Positions 27,298 through 33,338 of a stretch of DNA of 33,338 nucleotides are shown in pieces. The translations under genes and the position numbers were made by a program. Origin of the DNA: a virus (Duplodnaviria > Caudoviricetes); IMG/VR virus record IMGVR_UViG_3300037422_000264, positions 1 to 33,338 of that record; one strand, written 5' to 3'. The stretch's first letter is position 1; every line of letters starts with the position of its first letter. Under the pieces are notes generated by a model that was not told the DNA's origin, searched no databases, and worked only from the letters and a program-made list of their open reading frames with translations.

Positions 27298-27590
27298 GCT
27301 TTGCTCTTGTGCTTGGCGTACCACGCCTTGGCGTAGGCGCGCTTACGTTCCTTGATCTCAGCCGGGCTCAGCTTGGCGCCGCGACTCCGCCACCCATGGG
27401 CCCTGGGTGCTTGGGCGCTCTTGTCAATCGACGCCAGATTTTCCTTGAGCTTGGCCACCAACCGGGTGTTTTCCTGCAGCTTGCCGACCAGAATGTCGAG
27501 CGCCTCGTGGCAGCCCTGCAGCTCGGCCTGCTGTGCCTCGATCATTTCCCAGAGTCGGTAGCGGGGCGTGAGGTTGTAGTCCTCGTCCAT
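27294..27590 (-). CDS. Hypothetical coiled-coil protein with basic C-terminus
   Basis: AGGAGGA RBS. Confidence 0.7.
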   Translation of the reverse strand: MDEDYNLTPRYRLWEMIEAQQAELQGCHEALDILVGKLQENTRLVAKLKENLASIDKSAQAPRAHGWRSRGAKLSPAEIKERKRAYAKAWYAKHKSKA

Positions 27591-27615
27591 GTGTTCCTCC
27601 TGATGGGGTGAAGGT

Positions 27616-29043
27616 TTAAAGTTTTTCGGCCTTGGTCTTGGTGGCCTTTTCCCAGCGGGCCAGGATGCCGTCGGCCCAGCGGGGATCCCGCTCGATGCAG
27701 AAGGCCGCCCTGCCGGCGTGCTCGGCCGCCATGAGCGTGCTGCCGCTGCCGGCGAAAATGTCGAGCACGGCCTGACCGGGCTGCGTGCTGTTCTCGATGG
27801 CCCGCAGGGCCAGTTCCACCGGCTTTTGGTTTGGGTGGATGGCCTGCACGGTGTCGCGGGAAACCTCCCAGACCGTTCCCTGGCCGCGGGCGTCGCTGAG
27901 GAGGAGGGGCTTCCCTTTTTCCACGCGCATGTGGCGCAGCTTGCGGCTCGAGGCGCCGGCGGTAAGGGTCATCTCGGCTCCGTTGCCGTCGCTGACAAGG
28001 ATGCCGGGCCCGAGGGCCGTGGCCGTGTCGTTGGCGCCCACGACCGCCACGCGCCACAGGGTGGTCTCGGCGCGCCCGGCGTAGAAGGCTGGGCGGGTGC
28101 CTGCCTTGCTCGCATAAAAGCAGGGCTCGTGGTTCCACTGGTAGTCGGCGTGGCCAAGCACGAGGGCGGGCTTGGCCCAGATCAAACACTGCCGCTCCAC
28201 GAGGCCGGCCGCCTTCATGGCGTGCTCGAAGTCGGCCCGGGTGGCGTTGGCATGCCAAATGTAGAAAGCGGCGTCACTGGCCGCGGCCTCGACGGCCGCC
28301 TTGAAGACTCCGGTGAGGAAGCTGGCCAGGGTGTCCCGGCCGAGGGCGTCGTTCTTGATCGTGCGCCCTTTGCTGTCTTCGTAGTCCACGCCGTAGGGTG
28401 GGTCGGTGAAGACGCACTGGGCCTTGCGCGTGCCCATGAGGCGGTGGATGGCCTTGGGCTCCCTGCAGTCGGCCACCAGCAGACGGTGCTCGCCCAGGGC
28501 CCACAGGTCGCCTGCCTTGGTGCGGGCTCGGCCCGGGGCCGCGGTGTCCCAGTTCGATTCCCGGTGTCCCGCAGCCGCCTTGATCCGGGCGAGGGTGGCC
28601 TGCAGCTCTTTTTCGTTGAAGCCCAGGGGCTCCGTGGCCACGCCGTTGGCCTTGAGCCGGTCGATGGCTTCTTTCAGCTTTGCCGGGTTCCATCGGCTCA
28701 GCCTGGCGGTCTGGTTGTCGGCCAGGGAGAACTCCTCGGCCCGGTGCACCAGCTCGCTGGGGATCTGCACCACCGCGATCACCTTTGCGCCCATCTCCTT
28801 GGCTGCCAGCCATGTGCCGTTGCCAGCCCGGATGATGCGGTCTGGGGTGATGACAATGGGCTTGAGCTGCCCGAACTCCTGCAGGCTGTTCTTGATGGCC
28901 CGGAGGTTCTCTGCCGGGTGCTCATTGGCGTTGGCCGCGTCGGGCTTGAGTGTGTCGATCAAGGTGGCCAGCGGCAAGAGCGCCGGGGCTATTTTGAATG
29001 CGTTGGCACCGGGCTTGCTGGGGGGGGCAGCTTTCTTTTTCAT
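27616..29043 (-). CDS. ParB-N domain-fused DNA amino (m6A/m4C) methyltransferase, beta class
   Basis: NANEH...EFGQLKPIV...AGNGT...ADNQ ParB-like; FTDPPY precedes HPNQKP and LDIFAGSGST. Confidence 0.92.
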   Translation of the reverse strand: MKKKAAPPSKPGANAFKIAPALLPLATLIDTLKPDAANANEHPAENLRAIKNSLQEFGQLKPIVITPDRIIRAGNGTWLAAKEMGAKVIAVVQIPSELVHRAEEFSLADNQTARLSRWNPAKLKEAIDRLKANGVATEPLGFNEKELQATLARIKAAAGHRESNWDTAAPGRARTKAGDLWALGEHRLLVADCREPKAIHRLMGTRKAQCVFTDPPYGVDYEDSKGRTIKNDALGRDTLASFLTGVFKAAVEAAASDAAFYIWHANATRADFEHAMKAAGLVERQCLIWAKPALVLGHADYQWNHEPCFYASKAGTRPAFYAGRAETTLWRVAVVGANDTATALGPGILVSDGNGAEMTLTAGASSRKLRHMRVEKGKPLLLSDARGQGTVWEVSRDTVQAIHPNQKPVELALRAIENSTQPGQAVLDIFAGSGSTLMAAEHAGRAAFCIERDPRWADGILARWEKATKTKAEKL

Positions 29044-29252
29044 ACGCTTTCCTCGGGCCGATCCACAAAAAGGATGCGGCGGCCTTGGTAGTAGAAGTTG
29101 CGGTCTGTCGGCGCCCGGCGTTCGTAAAGGTGGACGGCGTTGCGGGGCTCATCGCAGATGAAATAATTCCAGACGGCGTTGTTGACGACAACGACCGGGG
29201 CTCCGCAGTAGGGGCCGCCCACGCAGGTGGGGGTGCCTATCCCGTTGGTCAT
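29040..29252 (-). CDS. Hypothetical protein (70 aa)
   Basis: ATGA-coupled at both ends. Confidence 0.55.
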   Translation of the reverse strand: MTNGIGTPTCVGGPYCGAPVVVVNNAVWNYFICDEPRNAVHLYERRAPTDRNFYYQGRRILFVDRPEESV

Positions 29253-29950
29253 GGCTTTTGCTCGCTTGTGTCGATCACGGCCTTGGCTCCCAGCAGCACA
29301 ATCGTGGCATCTCCCTCGTCTTCCTGCAGCGCGCCCATGCCCAGCGCCTCGAGACGGGCCGCCACCCGGGTCTTCATGTAGCCCTTGGTCTCGTAGTCTT
29401 GCCGCTTGCGCACGTCCACGCCTGCGGCCTTGCGCGCCGTGATCTCCGGCACGGGGATGGCTTGGATCCCGTGGCGCGTGAGCTCGGCCATCACGGCGCC
29501 CCGCAGCGCGACGTTGGCCCGGAAGGCCAGCATGTTCTTGGCGCTGTAGAACTCGCTGAAAATCACCACGCCGCAGTTCTTGCTGGCCGCCCACCAGGCT
29601 ACCGCCTTGGCCATGCCCAGCAGGCGCTCTCCCTCGTTCTGGGCGTCCTTGTGGCCGCAAAGGCAGACCGTGCCCTCGGGCAGCTCGCCCGGTTTGCCCC
29701 ATGCCAGCCCGGTCTTGGCCATGCTCAAGTCTGCCGCCATCACCTTGCCGGGGGTGGCCTTGATGCTGTGCTGGGCCGTGTCACTGGGGTCGGATTTGTG
29801 GATGTAGACCGCGTTCTCGGCCGGGATCTTGCGCGGCACCGCCGTGCGGGCTCGAGGCACGGCGATGGCTGGGGCGCGCCGCTGAAAGGCCACGGCCTTC
29901 AGGCCGCGGGCTCGGAGCGCCTCGAACTCGCTGGGGCTCACTCGGATCAT
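29249..29950 (-). CDS. RuvC-like Holliday junction resolvase
   Basis: VMAADLSMAKTGLA, VVIFSE, ARKAAG, EDEGDA acidic catalytic pattern. Confidence 0.75.
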   Translation of the reverse strand: MIRVSPSEFEALRARGLKAVAFQRRAPAIAVPRARTAVPRKIPAENAVYIHKSDPSDTAQHSIKATPGKVMAADLSMAKTGLAWGKPGELPEGTVCLCGHKDAQNEGERLLGMAKAVAWWAASKNCGVVIFSEFYSAKNMLAFRANVALRGAVMAELTRHGIQAIPVPEITARKAAGVDVRKRQDYETKGYMKTRVAARLEALGMGALQEDEGDATIVLLGAKAVIDTSEQKP

Positions 29951-30159
29951 CGGAGCAGCTTGTCCGGGGTGGTGCCGAAGAATCCGGCCAACTTGCTCAA
30001 AAGCCGCCCGCTGGGCAGGCGCTTCGCTCCCTCGAAATCGGCGTAGGCGCGCTGGCTGACACCCGAGCCCTGCACCACTTGGTACTGGGTCAGCCCCTTC
30101 TTGTCCCGCAGGACCCGCAGCTTTTGGGCGAGGGTTGCCTCGAGGGTGGGCGGGGACAT
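29947..30159 (-). CDS. XRE/Cro-family HTH regulator (alternative start 30198)
   Basis: KLRVLRDKKGLTQYQV...GVSQRAYADFEGAKRLPS..LL.KLA.FFG. Confidence 0.88.
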   Translation of the reverse strand: MSPPTLEATLAQKLRVLRDKKGLTQYQVVQGSGVSQRAYADFEGAKRLPSGRLLSKLAGFFGTTPDKLLR

Positions 30160-30169
30160 ATTTTTCTCT

Positions 30170-30218
30170 GCTGTTTTTGGCATGGCTGTTTTTAGCATGC
30201 TTTGAGCCCTCTTGTCAT
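30170..30218 (-). promoter_or_regulatory. Candidate promoter overlapped by a 15-bp direct repeat
   Basis: ATGACA-N18-TAAAAA with TG-n extension; catgcYaaaaacagc x2 (30170-30199). Confidence 0.4.
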
Positions 30219-30679
30219 CAAAAAAGGGTGACCTGACGCTCGTCCACCCGTGGCCGGGCGCCCTGGGCGTACTGAATGCGCCGCGGGATCTCCCAGCTTG
30301 GGTCGACCTCGGCGATGTGGATCTGGGGGGCGGGGGTCTCCTCGCGGGCCACATCGCCGCGGTAGGTGCGCACAAACTTGGCCGCGGGGGCCTCCCCCCG
30401 GACGAAGGCATCACCCATGACCGTGATGCGCCAGAAGCCCTCGATGGGGCGCCCCTGGGAGCTGGTGGCGTGATCCACCAGCCCCCAGTATTTCAGCTTC
30501 TGAAAGTTCGCCCGCTCGCTGAATGTGAAGGCCTCGTTGTCGCTGACCTTGAATGGCATCGTGGCCTGGGCGCTCTCCCGCCACGCCACCTGCAACGCGT
30601 GGACGAGCACCCGGTTCAGGCCATGCCTGTAGGTGACGATCTTGGCGCCGCAGTGCGGGCAAGAATGGCGTGGTTTCAT
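30218..30679 (-). CDS. Hypothetical protein, CPHC knuckle + winged-helix-like region
   Basis: ATGA coupled start; FQKLKYWGLV...FWRITVMGDAFV. Confidence 0.7.
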   Translation of the reverse strand: MKPRHSCPHCGAKIVTYRHGLNRVLVHALQVAWRESAQATMPFKVSDNEAFTFSERANFQKLKYWGLVDHATSSQGRPIEGFWRITVMGDAFVRGEAPAAKFVRTYRGDVAREETPAPQIHIAEVDPSWEIPRRIQYAQGARPRVDERQVTLF

Positions 30680-31068
30680 TCTTGCGCGTCCCCGTCTTCG
30701 CCCTCGAGGTCGGGCTGCATCTCCCATTCCTCCATCGCCCGGTCTTCGTAGGTGTCCCCGGTGTCCATGCGCTTGAGCGTGAGGCGCTTGTTCCTGAAGT
30801 CCTTGGTCTCCTGCACCTTTACGCGGGCTTCCTTGCCCATCGCCAGTTCGCGGGTCGCGGCCTTGATGTCGGTGTTGGCCGCGGCGAGCTCGTTTTGCAA
30901 CTCGTTCTTGAGGCTCTGGATCTTCGCCATCGCCTGGGCCCGCTTCACCACGGCGTCGGCCAGGGTGCCTTGGCGCTTCTTGATCTCGGCCGGGGTCAGC
31001 GGCACGATCAGCCATGCGGTAGTCTCGCGCACTTGGGTGTCGGGGGGCGCCTTGGTCTTCCTGCTCAT
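30676..31068 (-). CDS. Hypothetical coiled-coil protein; paralog of 26716-27297
   Basis: AAGGAG RBS, ATGA coupling. Confidence 0.75.
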   Translation of the reverse strand: MSRKTKAPPDTQVRETTAWLIVPLTPAEIKKRQGTLADAVVKRAQAMAKIQSLKNELQNELAAANTDIKAATRELAMGKEARVKVQETKDFRNKRLTLKRMDTGDTYEDRAMEEWEMQPDLEGEDGDAQE

Positions 31069-31277
31069 GGTGTCTCCTTGGGGTTTGACGCCGGGTGAAT
31101 CCCGCCGTCGATCACGTAAAGCCTGGGCTTGGTCTCCATCACGCTGTAAAGGGTGGTGCGCTCCCCGCACTTGGCGCAGTTCGGGCTGCTGGGCATGCGG
31201 GTCTCAAAAGACCGCTGGTCGGCATATTCGGCCTTGGTGCTGTGACCGCGCCAACACCCAAAAATAGCCAGCTTCAT
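31065..31277 (-). CDS. Small Zn-binding hypothetical protein
   Basis: CWRGH...CAKC; GGAG RBS. Confidence 0.55.
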   Translation of the reverse strand: MKLAIFGCWRGHSTKAEYADQRSFETRMPSSPNCAKCGERTTLYSVMETKPRLYVIDGGIHPASNPKETP

Positions 31278-31289
31278 CTCCGCCCCCCA

Positions 31290-32487
31290 TCATGCGCGTT
31301 GTGCGCGGTTGAGTTCACTTACCATTTGAATCCGTTCACCTATCCAGCGCATCACCGGCACAGCCATTGAATTTCCCAGTGCCTTGTAGCGCGGCCCATC
31401 GGCTGCACCCGGGATCAACGTATAATCGTCAGGAAATCCCTGTAGGCGTTCGCACTCCCGCGGTGTCAGCCGGCGAACCTGTGCGCCAACCTGTGCGCCA
31501 ACCTGTGCGCCACGCCGTAGCGTCGGGGCCATCTGATTTTCATAGCCGATGCCTTGAGCCTTGGAGCCTTGTGAGGGCAGAAAGCCGGCGACACACTGCG
31601 GCGCCCCTCGGCTATCTTGGGTGTATGCTGAACCATCATCCAAGTATTCCTTCCCTTGTGGCCCTGCGTTTGGCCCTCGACCAATAACGTGCGGGTGAAT
31701 TGCTGTGACCAGCGGCACTCCCCTGCCTGTCCCATCCTCGCTGGCATCAAAGCCCCCTCCGCGCAAGGTGTGGGCTATCTCCCCCCCCCCCGTTCACTGG
31801 TATGTATGTATCATTGTCGTTGCCATACCTGCCGACACCGCCCTTGGCGGCTAGGGGCTTGGCGACTGATTCGCCACAGCTTCCAGCGCTTGCCGCAACT
31901 GTGGGGGCAATTTTTTCCCCCGTTTTTCTGCTCGGCGGAGAATCCCCGCGCAGGCTTTGGCGCTCAAATAATACCGCTGCGGCAGGTCGCCAGTCTCCAA
32001 GATATCCGACAACGAACACACGGCGGCGGCGCTGGGCCAGACCAAAGTATTCAGCGTCAAGAATTCTGTAGGCGAACCCATACCCGCACTGCGCCAGCCC
32101 TCCGAGGAAGGTTCCAAAATCCCGTCCTCCCCCACTTGACAAAACGCCAGGCACGTTCTCCCAGACAATCCAGGTGGGCTTGAAGCGGTCAGCAATTGCA
32201 AGATATGTAAGCATGAGGTTCCCGCGTGGGTCAGTAAGGCCTTTTCGAAGTCCTGCGATTGAGAAGGATTGGCAGGGGGTTCCTCCGACGAGAACATTGA
32301 TATTTGGCTCATTGGGCCACTCCTTAAATTTGGTCATGTCTCCGAGATTCGGAACGTCAGGGTAATGATGCTTGAGAACCTTGCACGGAAATTTTTCGAT
32401 CTCGCTGAACCATGCCGGCTTCCAGCCAAGGAGCTCCCAAGCACAGGTTGCGGCCTCTATGCCGCTGCATACCGAGCCATAAATCAC
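31290..32487 (-). CDS. C5-cytosine DNA methyltransferase, frameshifted at a G11 tract (N-part 31747-32487, C-part 31290 to about 31780)
   Basis: VCSGIE, GGTPCQSFS, WENVPG, QRRRRVF; C-part RRLTPRECERLQGFPD and YKALGNS in the +1 frame. Confidence 0.9.
31476..31511. repeat. 12-bp perfect tandem repeat x3 (AACCTGTGCGCC), encoding GAQV x3
   Basis: Read directly from the sequence. Confidence 0.95.
31781..31791. repeat. C11/G11 homopolymer at the methyltransferase frame junction
   Basis: Read directly from the sequence. Confidence 0.95.
31851..32312 (-). CDS. Nested +1-frame ORF, M.EcoHK31I beta-subunit-like
   Basis: AAGGAG RBS 7 nt before ATG; CSLSDILET...YYLSAKACAGILRRAEKRGKKLP. Confidence 0.7.
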   Translation of the reverse strand: MSQISMFSSEEPPANPSQSQDFEKALLTHAGTSCLHILQLLTASSPPGLSGRTCLAFCQVGEDGILEPSSEGWRSAGMGSPTEFLTLNTLVWPSAAAVCSLSDILETGDLPQRYYLSAKACAGILRRAEKRGKKLPPQLRQALEAVANQSPSP

Positions 32488-32549
32488 TCTCCCCCCTCAT
32501 CGGTGATGGCGTCATGCGGATGCATGGTTTGCGATTCAAGACGGGTCAT
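32484..32549 (-). CDS. 21-aa mini-ORF coupling the upstream gene to the methyltransferase
   Basis: ATGA overlap at start, GTGA overlap at end; MTRLESQTMHPHDAITDEGGE. Confidence 0.4.
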   Translation of the reverse strand: MTRLESQTMHPHDAITDEGGE

Positions 32550-32761
32550 GGGTGGGCCTCCATATATTGCTGAATTTGATTCAGCTTATCCTGCACATCT
32601 TGGAGTTCAAGGCGAAGCCTAGAATTCTCGGCGCTAATTTCCCTAATGGAATGTTGCAAATTGCCCACATCGCTATTGAGCGAAGAAATTTCATATCTAT
32701 CCGCCTTCTGAGAAAGTTTGCTTTCCATTTCGGCGCTCATTTCTTCCTCATTGATGGTCAT
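32546..32761 (-). CDS. Small coiled-coil protein
   Basis: Heptad pattern; ATGA coupling. Confidence 0.6.
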   Translation of the reverse strand: MTINEEEMSAEMESKLSQKADRYEISSLNSDVGNLQHSIREISAENSRLRLELQDVQDKLNQIQQYMEAHP

Positions 32762-32958
32762 GACGCCTTCGCGGCATTTACGTAGACTCCGGTTCCATCA
32801 CAAGCAGGGCAAATCACATAATCGCCATGCATACACTGGGTTCCTAATCCCTGGCACATATCGTCAATGCAGATATTTATTTCGCCCTCTCCGAGACAGC
32901 GCCCACAAGTGTTATCGTCCTCGTTGTATAGTTCTTCAAAATCTTCGTCTTGCATCAC
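32758..32958 (-). CDS. Small DnaJ-type Zn-finger (CxxCxGxG) protein
   Basis: CGRCLGEG and CPACDGTG; AAGGAGG RBS. Confidence 0.7.
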   Translation of the reverse strand: MMQDEDFEELYNEDDNTCGRCLGEGEINICIDDMCQGLGTQCMHGDYVICPACDGTGVYVNAAKAS

Positions 32959-33338
32959 ACTCCCTCCTTCGCGGCCTTGAGGTGGGCGAGGGCTTCCTGT
33001 GCCACAATCTGCGTCCGCCTCTCATGCGTTGTGCGCTCGATTTTATCCAACGCCTCCACCGCCACCTTCAGCGCCTCTTGTGCCGCCTGCGGGGTGGGGC
33101 GGGTGTTCCAAGCTTCACGGCATTGCTTTCTGTCTTCTTCGTTGAGCCCATTGGCATCTTCAATTTCACCATCGGGCGTCGGATTGCTTTCGCCTCCAGA
33201 TATTCCAGCATGACAATTTTTACAATAAACCCATAAATCGCTGTCTTCACCAGAGGTTAAATCAAGGTCTATACCCCCGCAAAACGGGCACGGCAACAAC
33301 TCAAGCTTGGCGGTCGAGCCGATCTGCTTTTCGAAATC
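32955..33338 (-). CDS. Lar-like (restriction alleviation) Zn-ribbon protein; frame open to the window edge
   Basis: LLPCPFCGG...VYCKNC...AWNTR. Confidence 0.7.
   Translation of the reverse strand, partial: DFEKQIGSTAKLELLPCPFCGGIDLDLTSGEDSDLWVYCKNCHAGISGGESNPTPDGEIEDANGLNEEDRKQCREAWNTRPTPQAAQEALKVAVEALDKIERTTHERRTQIVAQEALAHLKAAKEGV

Noticed and set aside
31476-31511. Repeat as a possible CRISPR array
   Set aside because: Only 12 bp, no spacers, in-frame coding, no cas genes
1-33338. Integrase/att sites, tRNA, DGR or retron reverse transcriptase, contractile sheath
   Set aside because: No supporting motifs seen; lifestyle and host cannot be determined from this window

Overview
A GC-rich tailed phage or prophage segment, probably a siphovirus (tape measure and tail tube, no sheath). 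Almost all genes lie on the minus strand and are tightly coupled. Reading right to left: a lower-GC accessory block (Lar-like, Zn-finger, C5 DNA methyltransferase), an XRE regulator, RuvC-like resolvase, ParB-fused amino-methyltransferase, KTSC, TerS/TerL, portal, MuF, protease/scaffold, decoration, major capsid, neck, tail (with a G GGA AAA -1 frameshift chaperone) and a lysis module (GH19, membrane proteins, SLT). Main discovery candidate: MuF carries a contiguous 274-aa intein (20219-21040) with no recognisable in-frame endonuclease. The opposite strand of that intein encodes a 244-aa HTH + Vsr/DUF559-like endonuclease (20282-21016) with its own Shine-Dalgarno and a candidate promoter, i.e. 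a bidirectionally coding intein/homing-endonuclease element. Second: the C5 methyltransferase is frameshifted at a G11 tract (possible phase variation) and contains a nested +1-frame ORF resembling the M.EcoHK31I beta subunit. All product calls come from motif recognition and gene order; no database searches were run.
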